45,339 bases of DNA from Craspedostauros australis (GCA_030167865.1 JALAGF010006507.1:1-45339); one strand, 5' to 3'. Counted from the stretch's first letter, positions 21,080-32,479 are shown. Translations and numbers: made by a program. The notes: a model not told the origin generated them from the letters alone.

Positions 21080-24000
21080 TCATGGGAAGAGCGCGTCCGT
21101 CCCAAACAGCGCCTTCTTTCTCTGAGACAATGTCATTTCGTTCATCGGGGTCTGTCTATTGAGCTTGATCAGACCCGTGACGAAGTCAGACCCGGTCATG
21201 ATGCCCTCCAAGGACATCATGCCGTCCTGCTCATTGCCCCTTGTCCTCGCTATCGCACAAACCTCCATGACATCCTGGAGCGTCGGGAATGACAGCAGCA
21301 GCTCATCAAACGCATCCTCCCTCGACTTGATATCTTGTAGTGCGGGCGCAACCATGCGACCGGCAGATGCCTCCCGTGCGGCCAGCTTCTGCCCACGCTC
21401 GAAGACCTCCCTAAGCGCATACCGGCGGACGAAGGCAACGACGTAGTAAATGGCGGTGGATCTCATCTCATTCATCATGATCTCGAGGGCTTTTGCCAGC
21501 ACACGCCGTGCCGTGTCCGTCGGACCGTCTCTGCAATGGAACCACAACGATCCATAGTTCGGGTCTGCATTTGCGCATCGCAGCTCAAGATTCGAGGTGT
21601 CCAGCATGTTCTCGTTGCTTTCCCAGCCAAGCCGCCCTCGGATGATGTCTGCGCATTCCCCATCGATGAATTCGCGGGTGCTTGATTCTTGCACCGCTTG
21701 CGATGTGTCGGTATTGCTGAAGAGATGGTGGATGGCATCATGCACCTTGGCGAGGTACGTCACCAATTCAGCATTTGTGTCAAGGTCAGGACTCGTGCGG
21801 AATTTTTGCAGCGTGGACTCCCACACGATCGTGGCCACGGGAAGGAGCCACTGATCGAGTATTTCCAATCGCAACGTTTCCAAAAATCCGTCTCCGTACT
21901 GCGGCGTGAAGCGCGTGGCAAAGTACAGATGCCTCCTCGCCTTGACGATGTCGAATGTGCGCGAGAATGGGTTGAGATGGATGCGTGAGCCTTCGCACCA
22001 GACCTCGCCGCTCTTGGGCACTGCGTTGAGGGCCCCCTTCAGCGCTTCGATCTGGGCCTCTTCACCTCCATCGAAATGGCACAGCTGCACCAGGGATGCC
22101 CAAAGCCTGCCGGTGCCGGAATGCAACCGGAGCGCGTGGCGGGCGAGCTCTACGGCTGTCGAATGGTCCTGGCGGCGAATCTCGAGGAGGACGCTCTCGA
22201 ACCATACCTTCCAGTCGGAACCGCTGACGGAGCGGCTCTTGCAAAGGATGGCGGAGGCCAGCTCGTTGTCACCCACGAACTCTTCCAATCGCGCCCACTC
22301 CAGCAGCGCCACGGCTCTCCCCTTGTCCGGCACAACCTTGTGCGCGCGCAGGAACAGCTTGCGCGACACATCCGGACGTCCGGCGGCGAGCTCCATGCGG
22401 CCAGCTGCCAACCAGACCTTCCACCGTAAGTTCGGTGGGCATGTGAAGATCGTCATTGCAAATCGCTGACGGCACTTGGCCATCAACTGCTTCTTCATGA
22501 CATGATAATCTTGAATTGTTTCGCCCCCTTGGCTCGTGGCATCGTCGGCTTCGCTGAGGTGCTCGACTGCGCAACGCTCCAGAATCTGAGCGGCTTCGAG
22601 ATGGACCTTCCAGATGAGCTCCTTGCTGATGCTGTTCGTCGCCTTGTCGATCATGGCCATGCTCTGCGAGAGGTTGAAGTCCTTCCGGTCCAGATCCATC
22701 GCCTCGCACAGGCGGAATGCGCCGAACCAGAGTGGTCCGTACTTTGGCAACGTGGCGAGGCCCTTGTTGACGACCATCAGCGCCTCCTTGTGGCGTCCCA
22801 GGTCCTTCTCGAGACGGTAGGCCTCGAGGTACAGCGGTCCGTACCACTGGATGTGATGCATGATGTACTTGAGGACGCGCCGGGCCATGACGGTGTTGCC
22901 GGCACGTGCCTCGAGCAACGCGCCCTCCAGCACCGTGCGCCACACCTTCTCGATGCCGACATGCTTGAGCCGTGCGAGCAGCTCGCGGGCCTTCGGCAGG
23001 TCGCCCATCTTCTCCTTGTGCTTGATGGCGCGGATGAGGAGATTCTCGTTGTACTCGCAGTACTCGAGGCCAGCGTTCAGTATCTTGGAGCACGTGGACA
23101 TGTTGCCACATTCTTCTTCGAGCTTGCTGTACTCCAGCCATCCCTGGTTGGCGTAAGGCTGTAGTTCGCATACTTTCTGGTAGAGCTGGCGCGCCTCCGT
23201 GAATCTGTTTGTGCGCTTGGATAGGTCTGCGAGCTCCAAGTACAGCCGCCAATGGACCTGCTGTGGCAAGCTGTCGCCGTTGAGCGTCTTGATGGCAAAC
23301 TCTTCCGCTGCCTGTGACGACGTGCGCTCGAAGGTGCGGAACTTTCTGTAGAAGTCCCGAAAGGCAAGCTTGGTTGCCTGGCTTTCGTTGAGTTCCGCTC
23401 TCTTCTGATTGGATGGATCGTCCTTGGCATCTGCGCCCGTTGCGTTGTCTCCCGTGTTGCTGTTGCTGTTCGCATTGCTGCTGCCGGGGCGTGCACCCGT
23501 GCCTGTGACGTCTCTGGATGTGGATGATGCGCCGGATGTCGATCTGTCTTTGTTGGTCTTCTTTTTGGACTTGGAATGCAGGGCCGGTGATTTCTTTCCC
23601 GAGAAATGTGTTGTCTGCTCTGAGTCGTTGTCCCGTTGCTGATGTCTATCTGATTTGTGTTGACTCTTCCCCCCTCGCCGCGCGGATCCCTTCCGCTGGT
23701 TTCTCCCCCGATTCTTGCCGCCGCTTCTCGACCCTCTGTCAGCGCGTGGTCGCCTTTGATTCTTCGACGACTCCAACGCCACTGCGAATGGATTTGCCCC
23801 TGCATTCGGCACTGGATGCGACGGATTTTGTGTTTGAGTTTGCAAGTTTTGTTGTGACTGTGACTGTGATTGCGACGGTTCTTTGTGATGCTGCTGCCCA
23901 TGCTGTGATTGCTGATGCTGTTGTTGCTGTGCCGTTTGTGCAGCAGTGAGGTTGGCATGAAAGCCTTGCTGTGACGTCTGCTGCCCGTGCTGCTGCCCAT

Positions 24001-26962
24001 GTTGCTGTTGCTGCTGGTGTGTTGGTTGTTGTTGCTGCTGCTGCCCGTGCTGCTGCTGATGTGGTGGTTGACCGAACCTAATTTCCCCGGTTGTTTCCCA
24101 ACCCCGATTGGACCCTTTCCAATTCCCCTGGTTGAATGCAGTTGTATCAGACATCGTGTTGATGCCTTCGAAGTCTCCTCGTTGCGCAGCCTGTGGCATT
24201 GGTTGATGCCACACGCTCTGCTGCCCCGCAAAGCCAAACTGCGGTCCGCTGCCTTGTTGTGGTTGATGGTGCATGGGCACGGGATGCGGCATGTAGTCAG
24301 TCGCCGGTGGTTGCATCTGTGCCGGCGCGTGCCCGTGCGGGTGAGGATGAGCCGTGTGTGTATGCGCGTGTCCATGTCCCTGTGCGTGTGTATGTGCATG
24401 CGACTGCCCTTGCCCTTGTGCTTGCCCCTGACTCTGTGGCGGTGGTGTCGGTGCCGGCGGCAATCCTGACATGCTTTGCGGGTGCATGGCGTACGGCATC
24501 ACAACTGCGTCGGGTGTAAATCCGAAATTCGGGCTTGGAGCCATGTTGTGTTGCGCCGCGAGCATGACCTCCTGCGGTGCAGGGAACCCTGGTCGATGTT
24601 GATGCTGATGTTGTTGGTGATGCTGAAGTTGATGGTGTTGTTGTGGTTGCTGATCAGAAGGCATGAATGCGTTCATTGACGCTTGCTGTTGGACCTGTTG
24701 TTGTTGCTGCTGCTGCGGATTGAGCATTGGCGAGGCCCTGAACGGATCGTGGTGAGGGAACGGACTCTGTCTGGGTGCCATGCCTGGGTGTGGTAGCGCA
24801 GGTTGGAAGGCGGAGTTCGTTGCTGCCATGTTCGATTGCGGCGGCAAGGCAGCCGCTGGGATCGGCCTTGCGAAGCCGGCCATGTAGGCATGCTCCGAGG
24901 TGGGCGTGAAGGAACCTCCGAAGTTGATCAGATGGGGCGAGGGAGCTTGAGTTGAGCCGTCCATGTTTCTTGCCGCCTGCTGATTCGAGTCCCCGTACGG
25001 AAAGCGCGTACCGTATTGGACGAACGGGCTTTGGCCGTCCTGCAGCCTGTTTGCGGCAGGCTGCATGAGCGGGACGAAGCCTGAGTTGGGCGCCGTCGGA
25101 CCTGGGTGAACGGAGGGCGACGACGATGATGACGCGGATGAGTGAGATCTTGAAGTGTGCGATGCTCTGTCGTTGTTGCGCTGCCTGCGACTTGAATCGT
25201 TCCGTCCTCTGCGATTCCTCCCGCCGGCCCCGAAGGAGGTGCTTCCACCACCGCCGCCGCCACTGTGGCTGGAGAAGCTGCTGCGTGAGTCGCGCTGGTT
25301 CCCTCCGCCAGACTTTCCCGTTCTGCCGATGACGAAGGTTGAGGTCCAGCTCTCGCGACTGCCCGTGTTGGGGCGGAATGCTGATCGCTTGGTGAAATCC
25401 GTGGATACGTGGGAAGCAGCAGACGTCGATGCAGTCGCCGAAGCAGCCGCATCGTCGTCGTCGAGGAGCAAGCTCCCTAGATCTGCCGTCAGTCGCAGAG
25501 TGTTTGGAGAGTACGAGTCTCTTCGAGCTTCCAACCTCTCGTCCCCCTTCATCGCCCAGGTGGGAGCAAATGCATTGGACTGGCGTTGTTGTTGTTGTTG
25601 TTGCTGCTGTGGCTGCCGACCGGTGCTGCTGCTGTCTCTTTGGCCGAACCGGCCGCCGATGACCTTGTGTGTCTGTGGAGTGCCGGAACTAGTGTTCGTG
25701 CTTGTACTTGAGGCGGTTCGTTGATCCGTGTTCCAGGCGGCTGATGCAGCACTTGAAGTTGTTCTGTTGTCGCTATTCGTCGTTGCGCCGGATCCGTGAG
25801 TGGGTGGCGTCATTCCCTCGACGTTGACTCCGGATGGAATGCCCGATGTCTTCGTTGATGCCGTGACCGGCGTCGACAACGTCAATCCAAAGCCAAGGCC
25901 TGATGCGTCCCGGCGCACCTGGCTCTTCAATGGAGTTGGCTTGGGTGCCACCACTGGAATCTGTGATCTTTGTTGGTGATGATGATGTTGGTGCTGTTGG
26001 TGCTGCTGCTGCCTCTGTGCTTGTTGGTTCTGTGGATGGTGGCTGTGACCTTGGCCTTGACGTTGGCCGTGGGCATGGCCGTGGTGGTGCTGCTGCTGCT
26101 GTCGCAAGGATGCGGAGGCGTCATCCGCATCGATGGGACGCAAGGCGGACTTGTACATCCTCGCCCCGGGCGTTCTGCGCAGAGACGACTGATCCGCTGC
26201 GGAGAAGGCATCGCGAGAGCGTATCGAGGCCGGATCCAGCGCCAAAGAGATCATCTCCAGCTCGTCTGAATCGGGATGCCCGCTGTCGCTGATCCCGCTG
26301 ATGCCTGACAGATCGGCCATGCCCGCCCCCATGCCCATCAGGTCGTGCGACTCAGCGTAGTCGTCCTCGTCCATCAAAGTGGGAGTTGCGGCATTGTCGT
26401 ACTTTCTACCCCCGAGACCGCCGCTTCCATCAGCATCGCCGCCGCCGTGCTGGTTGGATCTTGCGCGGAAGCGCTCGTCGTCGCTCGCGTCGTCCCACGA
26501 AGATGAGCGCACCGTGGGCAACGAGGATTGGAATCGCGAGGAGAAGGATTCGTCCAGGTTCCCGCCAATGCCAACGCCTGCGTCGAAATGATCCAACGCG
26601 TCCATGTTGTCCCCTGCCCCATCCGCGGCCGAATCATTGTTGCGCGCCATGCCGCTGCCACCCGCAGCTGCGCCCAGATGGGGCGGTGCTCGGCGTCGTT
26701 GTTCTGAGGCAACCCCCTCGGCAGCGTCACCAGCGGTACGGATCGCACCAGAACCACGCGTGACCGGCATCAATTCCGCTCGGTTATCTCGACCATGCCC
26801 AGCGGTTGTCTGTCCTTCCTGGTGTCGATACTGTTGGTGCTGTTGATGCTGCTGTTGATGCTGCCGCTGCTGCTGCTGATCTCGTCCCTGTTCGTGAAGA
26901 TAATGATCTTGCTGCTGGTGCTGATGCTGGTGCCTCCGCCTCTCTGTACCGTTTCGCTCCAT
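21080..26962 (-). CDS. Large HAT/TPR-repeat protein (PRP6-like C-terminal region) with a Q/H/G/S-rich disordered N-terminal region of about 1,200 aa
   Basis: Uninterrupted 2023-codon ORF; the first plausible ATG is at 26962. HAT-like repeats include WRLYLELADL, GWLEYSKLEEECG, WKVWLAAGRMEL, GRLWASLVQL, VPKSGEVWCEG and CANADPNYGSLW. Confidence 0.85.
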   Translation of the reverse strand: MERNGTERRRHQHQHQQQDHYLHEQGRDQQQQRQHQQQHQQHQQYRHQEGQTTAGHGRDNRAELMPVTRGSGAIRTAGDAAEGVASEQRRRAPPHLGAAAGGSGMARNNDSAADGAGDNMDALDHFDAGVGIGGNLDESFSSRFQSSLPTVRSSSWDDASDDERFRARSNQHGGGDADGSGGLGGRKYDNAATPTLMDEDDYAESHDLMGMGAGMADLSGISGISDSGHPDSDELEMISLALDPASIRSRDAFSAADQSSLRRTPGARMYKSALRPIDADDASASLRQQQQHHHGHAHGQRQGQGHSHHPQNQQAQRQQQHQQHQHHHHQQRSQIPVVAPKPTPLKSQVRRDASGLGFGLTLSTPVTASTKTSGIPSGVNVEGMTPPTHGSGATTNSDNRTTSSAASAAWNTDQRTASSTSTNTSSGTPQTHKVIGGRFGQRDSSSTGRQPQQQQQQQQRQSNAFAPTWAMKGDERLEARRDSYSPNTLRLTADLGSLLLDDDDAAASATASTSAASHVSTDFTKRSAFRPNTGSRESWTSTFVIGRTGKSGGGNQRDSRSSFSSHSGGGGGGSTSFGAGGRNRRGRNDSSRRQRNNDRASHTSRSHSSASSSSSPSVHPGPTAPNSGFVPLMQPAANRLQDGQSPFVQYGTRFPYGDSNQQAARNMDGSTQAPSPHLINFGGSFTPTSEHAYMAGFARPIPAAALPPQSNMAATNSAFQPALPHPGMAPRQSPFPHHDPFRASPMLNPQQQQQQQVQQQASMNAFMPSDQQPQQHHQLQHHQQHQHQHRPGFPAPQEVMLAAQHNMAPSPNFGFTPDAVVMPYAMHPQSMSGLPPAPTPPPQSQGQAQGQGQSHAHTHAQGHGHAHTHTAHPHPHGHAPAQMQPPATDYMPHPVPMHHQPQQGSGPQFGFAGQQSVWHQPMPQAAQRGDFEGINTMSDTTAFNQGNWKGSNRGWETTGEIRFGQPPHQQQHGQQQQQQPTHQQQQQHGQQHGQQTSQQGFHANLTAAQTAQQQQHQQSQHGQQHHKEPSQSQSQSQQNLQTQTQNPSHPVPNAGANPFAVALESSKNQRRPRADRGSRSGGKNRGRNQRKGSARRGGKSQHKSDRHQQRDNDSEQTTHFSGKKSPALHSKSKKKTNKDRSTSGASSTSRDVTGTGARPGSSNANSNSNTGDNATGADAKDDPSNQKRAELNESQATKLAFRDFYRKFRTFERTSSQAAEEFAIKTLNGDSLPQQVHWRLYLELADLSKRTNRFTEARQLYQKVCELQPYANQGWLEYSKLEEECGNMSTCSKILNAGLEYCEYNENLLIRAIKHKEKMGDLPKARELLARLKHVGIEKVWRTVLEGALLEARAGNTVMARRVLKYIMHHIQWYGPLYLEAYRLEKDLGRHKEALMVVNKGLATLPKYGPLWFGAFRLCEAMDLDRKDFNLSQSMAMIDKATNSISKELIWKVHLEAAQILERCAVEHLSEADDATSQGGETIQDYHVMKKQLMAKCRQRFAMTIFTCPPNLRWKVWLAAGRMELAAGRPDVSRKLFLRAHKVVPDKGRAVALLEWARLEEFVGDNELASAILCKSRSVSGSDWKVWFESVLLEIRRQDHSTAVELARHALRLHSGTGRLWASLVQLCHFDGGEEAQIEALKGALNAVPKSGEVWCEGSRIHLNPFSRTFDIVKARRHLYFATRFTPQYGDGFLETLRLEILDQWLLPVATIVWESTLQKFRTSPDLDTNAELVTYLAKVHDAIHHLFSNTDTSQAVQESSTREFIDGECADIIRGRLGWESNENMLDTSNLELRCANADPNYGSLWFHCRDGPTDTARRVLAKALEIMMNEMRSTAIYYVVAFVRRYALREVFERGQKLAAREASAGRMVAPALQDIKSREDAFDELLLSFPTLQDVMEVCAIARTRGNEQDGMMSLEGIMTGSDFVTGLIKLNRQTPMNEMTLSQRKKALFGTDALFP

Positions 26963-28113
26963 CGCTCCACCAGTCTCGTGGAGGTTCCCCCTGCGGCGAA
27001 ATGTTGTCGGTGGGTGTGTTCCTCCTCTCGCTTGTTCGTGCTGGCGTTGCTTCTGCCTCGTGTTGGTGCTGTTGCTCGTACTGTTGGCGCTCTGTCGCGG
27101 GAGCCGTCCCGCGTCTTTCCGTGTCTGCTTCACAACGCGCCGCACCCACACAAACGAAGACGCGTAACTCTACGCGAGAATGCTACGGTGACCGTGTCCA
27201 CCTCTCTTTTTCCTTTGTTGTTCCTCTTGGTGACATGTTCCGCAACGACGCCACAACCACGACAGCAGCCCCAACAGCGTTGGTGGCAGCAACAGGAGCC
27301 AAAACAGGCAAGACACCACACACAGAGAGGGACCAAGATGCGCACGGGCAGGCACAGAGATACACATACCCACACTCCAGCAACACCAGCAACACCATCA
27401 ACACCGATGAACTCAGAACACCCCTTCCGGCGCGGCAGGCGGGCAGAGCACACGGGCATAGCCCATGCACCAACTCGTGAAGAACCCCTCTCTTTCTCCC
27501 TCACTCGTCTCCGCATCGCCCCTTTTCGAAGTCGAGCGACACGCCGCCGCGCCTCAACGAAGCACAAGATGTCCGAGTCTGTCCGCCTACCGATTTCTGA
27601 TCACACGTTCTGTGACAGCGCGTCGCATGGATGCGCGCAGTCCCCCTCGTTGTCCTTGGGCTTGACTGGCTTGTCGCTCCCACGCGCGGCGGCATCTCCC
27701 TCCACGACCACGCATGCGCATTCGCCACTACGATTGTCGCATTGGACATGACACTCCGAGGATGACTCTTCAAGGACCATAAATGGATGCTGTGACACCC
27801 CTTTCATACTTAACAGCAACCCGTCACACCGGCAGGCTTGCGTCTGAGAGGAGTCAAATCAGACCTCGTGTTGGTGCGCCGTCCGATCGTCACGATGTTC
27901 TGCATTCGGGTCCATTTGGTCCAGCCATCCAGACATGATCGTACCAGTCGAAGTTCTGCATTGTGGTCGAATGGTTCAAAAGATCCCCTTGGCTTCGTGG
28001 TTGTCCACCCATTTTATCGGCTTCTCGTTTCCACAAAACGCAGGAAACGGGAAATCGAACACAGGAAAAGAACGCATCAAGGGAAGGAAGGATGCCAACA
28101 GGACCACATCAAC

Positions 28114-28152
28114 ATGAGCACGAGCATGAGCATGAGCATGAGCATGAGCATG
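28114..28152 (+). repeat. (ATGAGC)n hexamer repeat upstream of DBP9
   Basis: About 6.5 units, one of them the variant ACGAGC. Confidence 0.9.
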
Positions 28153-28288
28153 GGCGGCGACAACATTCATGGCACAAATACAACTACTCTCTGGATCATT
28201 GTCGCAGTGCATTTACATGCTGGACGACCTTCCATACACATAATCGCATAGACGGACTCGTGGACTGACCAGGAGCAACGCGAAGAAG

Positions 28289-30512
28289 ATGGCGCTCCTC
28301 GATCCATCGGAGACGTTCAACTCGCTGGGCGAATCGGTGGGACTGGACATCCGGCTGCGCAAGGCGGTGCAACGCATGGGACACATCCGACCAACGCTGG
28401 TGCAATCCAAGTGCCTTCCGCTGGCCATCAATTCGGGACGAGATCTCCTCATCCGAGCCAAGACAGGCAGCGGCAAGACCTTGGCCTACTGCCTCCCGCT
28501 CCTGCAAAAGATCGTGCAGGCCAAGGACGATGGGGCTGCCGCCGCGAGCGGTGGGCGTGTGCGAGCCATCATCCTGGTGCCCACGCGAGAATTGTGCGCC
28601 CAGGTGTACCAAACACTGAAGCAGCTGATCTACTACTGCGATGACATCGTCTCCGTCGCCGTCCTCTCCGCCGCACGCGGACGCAGCGACAAGGCCAAGC
28701 AGGAGCTGGCCATGCAAAAGGCCATGCTGCGAGACTGTCCCGACGTTCTTGTGGCATCGCCGTCCGGGCTCATCACGCATGTGCGCAGCAAGGATGTGCA
28801 ATTGAAGCAGTCGGTGGAGACCTTGGTGGTGGATGAAGCCGATCTCGTCATGTCCTACGGATACGCCGATGAAGTGACGGAGATCATCAAGAATCTGCCA
28901 AAGATCTACCAAGGCTTCCTCATGTCTGCCACGTTATCACCAGAATTGAACTCCCTCAAGAAGGTCGTGCTGCATTCGCCGGTCGTGTTGAAGTTGGAAC
29001 GCGAAGAAAAGAAGGAAGAAGGAAAGCTGACGCAATTTTACCTGCAGGTTCCCAAGAAGGACAAGAATCTTGTGGTGTATGTCTTCCTCAAGGTACGAGT
29101 ATAGCATCGTACTCCCACCGCCCTTGGTTGGAATAATGTTGCGTGTCGAGTCTTCTCCTACAGCATTCGACCATGTTTTACTTTGCGTTGCATGGTCTCC
29201 GCCATCATTTCCTCACTCGCACAACACGCCTGGCTCACTTTGTACTATCCCACTTCATGTGACCACCATGTTTGATGCTCCTCTCGATACTCTTCGCCCA
29301 CGATACTCGCAGCTTGGGCTCATGAAAGGAAAAGGCATCTTCTTCGTCAACACCACGGACGGCGGTTACAGGCTGAAGTTGTTCCTCGAGCAGTTTCACA
29401 TCCGATCATCCGTTCTCAACGCGGAGCTGCCATTCCGCAGCCGAATGAACATCATCGAGCAATTCAACATTGGGAACTTTGACTACCTCATCGCGACAGA
29501 TGAAAGCACAGATGCAGCGCAGAATGGTTCGGACGATGAGGATAGCGACGATGACGACCACGTGGGACATGGTTCGGGCAGTAAGAAGAAGAAGAAGCAG
29601 ATCAAGGGCAAGAAGAAGGATGAAGAGTACGGCGTGTCACGTGGTCTTGATTTCCGCAACGTCTCATTCGTTGTCAACGTCGATTTCCCGCCAACATCGA
29701 CATCGTACTCTCACCGTGTGGGACGAACAGCCAGAGGAGGTGCCAAGGGTGTCGCATTGAGCTTCGTCGAGAACGACTCGCAGGCAGAGCATGACACTTT
29801 GCTCGATGTCCAGGCAGACCAACCCAAGATCTCGCTCGAGAACTCCAGGGACGGCGTGCTCCAGAGCGCCACCAACGAAGGCATGGAGATGGAGCTGACC
29901 GAACAGCCGCAACCCACGCCGTTGGATTTCGACCTGCGTGAAGTGGAGGGTTTCCGCTACCGTGTGGAAGACGTCTCCAGAGCCGTGACGCGAACGGCGG
30001 TCAAGGAAACGCGTGCTGCGGAGTTGCGAGCTGAGATCCTGAATTCGGAACGTCTGCAGAGCCACTTTGACGAGAATCCTGCGGACCTTCAGATCCTGCG
30101 ACACGACAGAGTCGCGACGCACGTCTCCAAGGTTCAGGAGCACTTGAAGCACGTCCCCAAGTACCTCCTTCCGAGAGGTATGCAGGCAGCGAACCTAAAC
30201 AAGAAGCGGAAACGCAAACGCAACAAGGGTGGTACCGGCGGCCTGCGTCGATCCGACAACGATCCGCTCCAAACCTTCGATAGCGAAGTGGATCTCGATG
30301 GACTGGGCGGTGCCGATGCTGATGAAGATGGCGCGGAAGGAGAGTCGGAGATGCCAGACTTCACATCCGGTGCTGGCACGGCAAGCTCCAGCGAGAGGCA
30401 CGGCAAGAGCACTGCTGGCCGCAACGCATGGAAGGAGAAGCACCGCAAAGGAAAGTTCAGCAAGAAGAAGCGCAAGTCGGAACGCGGGAAGAAGGCGCCC
30501 CTCGGGATCTAG
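28289..30512 (+). CDS. DBP9: DEAD-box RNA helicase DBP9/DDX56; 2 exons (28289-29092, 29313-30512), about 667 aa
   Basis: Motifs PTLVQ, AKTGSGKT, PTREL, DEADL, MSAT, FVN, YRLKLFLEQF, EYGVSRGLDF, HRVGRTARGG and FRYRVED, plus HLKHVPKYLLP, which is characteristic of Dbp9. Confidence 0.95.
29093..29312 (+). other. Spliceosomal intron, 220 bp
   Basis: AAG|GTACGA ... TCGCAG|CTT joins VFLK-LGLMKGK. Confidence 0.92.
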
Positions 30513-30945
30513 AGAGAGGGAGAAAAGAGAGAGAGAAAGCGCTCGTTTGCAGGAAATCAGAGGTTGTTGCAACCCAACAACCGACAGTGTAGCAATTGGA
30601 AGGAAGAGGATTGCCGTGGACTGCCAGCCATAGTCCTAACATTGCATTATGACTGCTTGCTAAACAAATTGAACTCAGCGAAGAGTGCTCCAGAGGAGAC
30701 TGAACCATCCTCGATTGTTGTCATTGTGTGTTGGGACTCTGACTGTAGATCGTAGAGTTTGGCACATCGCTGTGCAAGTACTGGACTGGGTCATAGAATA
30801 CTTGGTTGTTGGGGACAAGGGTGATGACTGTCGTGCTATTGGTTGTTGGCGCCAAAATCACAACAACAACACAATCCAGAGAGCACGACAGTTCAAATCC
30901 AACGCATCGCCATTGTCCGAACAACAACATTCGACAAAGACACCA

Positions 30946-30990
30946 CATACACATCACACACACATACACACACATACACACACATAACAC
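30946..30990 (+). repeat. Imperfect CA-rich microsatellite just upstream of the ATG at 31016
   Basis: catacacatcacacacacatacacacacatacacacacataacac. Confidence 0.85.
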
Positions 30991-31015
30991 TGCAAAAGCA
31001 AGATCACCCCAAGCC

Positions 31016-32479
31016 ATGGCAGTGATCAAACGCGGCCGCGTTGCAGGGTTGTCACATGGCTTCACCTCCCCTAGTTCGCAAGGAGGAAGGCCCTTCTACA
31101 AGAATGGAAGAGCGTTGAGAACGAAGGTGGTCCTTGGTGCCGTTGGTGCTGCCTGCCTCCTCGTGCTGGCCTTGCAATGGAGCTTCATCAGCCAGCTGAC
31201 AGACCAATCGACGCAGCAGGCGATCGCCCACACAAAGACGATCGAGATTCATCCCAAATCCTTCGTTCATCTGGATCTGGCCGACAGCGAAGCGGTTGGC
31301 AACAACAGTGCAGCTGGCGTTCACAACGTCACGGCCGTCTTCGACGCAACGCAATGCGCCGAGCCCAACATCTGGGCCCGCGTCGAAGGCGATGCCTTGC
31401 TGGGCATTGACATGGCACGCAAAGTGAAGGATGGGGAGATCACGTGGCAGGGATCCTTCGAGATCCCGTTTGACGGAGACTTTCGCGTCGTGCTGCATTG
31501 GTACGGCTGTTCTCCAACCATCAATCCGGAGGAAAAGCAGGTGATCGAGCTGCATGCCTTCCACGCCAGAGCTTCGAAACCATTCCATGCGGTGGACACG
31601 CTCTACCCGCAACGCGAGATGTTCCCCCTTGCGGTGTGGCAGTCCATGAAGAGACTCTTCCCATTTGTGCAAACCGAACAAGAGTACGTCTGGAACAAGG
31701 TTGAGACGCCGGACAACCCTGGCAAGATCTTGCGGGCGGCCGACACCGTCGTCGCCATGGATGGGACCATCGGCGCGAAGGGATATTACTCCTTCCCCGC
31801 CCTCAGCAACTACGAACTGGTGTGCTGGGTCGGTGACAAATCCGCCGAGGACCTGTGGGGCTCCTTCCGCGCACTGCGAAGCCAAATTGCCAGTTCTCAG
31901 CGTCCCTTCAAGTTCCACTACTACTCCAGCAAGTCCTTCGTGCACCCCGACGCCGAATGGGACGAGGAACGCAAATCCCGCTTCCGCAAATGCAAGCACG
32001 TGCTGGTCTCGCTGCACGAAGCGGCCGAGAATATGTCGTGGCACATGTACGTCCAGCAGGTCACGACCTTCATCCGGCATCTGACCAAGGCCTTTCCTGA
32101 CGACAGCTTCCCCATCTGGCTGTTCACCACGACGGAATCCCCCGTCGGCACGACGAAATGCACGCAAGGCAAACGTCCCCTGCCCCGCACCTCCAACCAT
32201 CCTTGCAACTTGGCTCTCAAGCTCATGTTTGAGAATCAGGCCAACTTTCCGGAGCGCGTGCGGTTGTTGGACAACACCGATCTGTCCTTGCCGCAGCTGG
32301 GCGAGAATAAGGAGGCCACGCGCATGGTGATCGCGCATCGCATCTTCGTCTTCGTCGGCAAGCAGGTGGAGGAATGGCGGAGGTCGGGGCAGGTAGGCAT
32401 GATCTCTGGTTTGAAGCGAGGCGACAAGATGGAGCCCAATTTCAAGCTGATGCCGTACGAGGATTGGGATCAGCCGTGA
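31016..32479 (+). CDS. Type II membrane protein with an Ig-like region followed by an SGNH/PC-esterase-like region (NXPE-like architecture, tentative)
   Basis: 487-aa ORF with a basic N-terminus, a transmembrane segment (VVLGAVGAACLLVLALQW), a beta-rich segment (NIWARVEG..WQGSFEIPFDGDFRVVL) and then LVCWVGDKS, CKHVLVSL, IWLFTT and VRLLDN. Confidence 0.7.
   Translation: MAVIKRGRVAGLSHGFTSPSSQGGRPFYKNGRALRTKVVLGAVGAACLLVLALQWSFISQLTDQSTQQAIAHTKTIEIHPKSFVHLDLADSEAVGNNSAAGVHNVTAVFDATQCAEPNIWARVEGDALLGIDMARKVKDGEITWQGSFEIPFDGDFRVVLHWYGCSPTINPEEKQVIELHAFHARASKPFHAVDTLYPQREMFPLAVWQSMKRLFPFVQTEQEYVWNKVETPDNPGKILRAADTVVAMDGTIGAKGYYSFPALSNYELVCWVGDKSAEDLWGSFRALRSQIASSQRPFKFHYYSSKSFVHPDAEWDEERKSRFRKCKHVLVSLHEAAENMSWHMYVQQVTTFIRHLTKAFPDDSFPIWLFTTTESPVGTTKCTQGKRPLPRTSNHPCNLALKLMFENQANFPERVRLLDNTDLSLPQLGENKEATRMVIAHRIFVFVGKQVEEWRRSGQVGMISGLKRGDKMEPNFKLMPYEDWDQP

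Noticed and set aside
26795..27751. 318-aa Leu-rich plus-strand ORF
   Set aside because: It is an antisense reading of polyQ/H codons followed by simple-sequence leader DNA.
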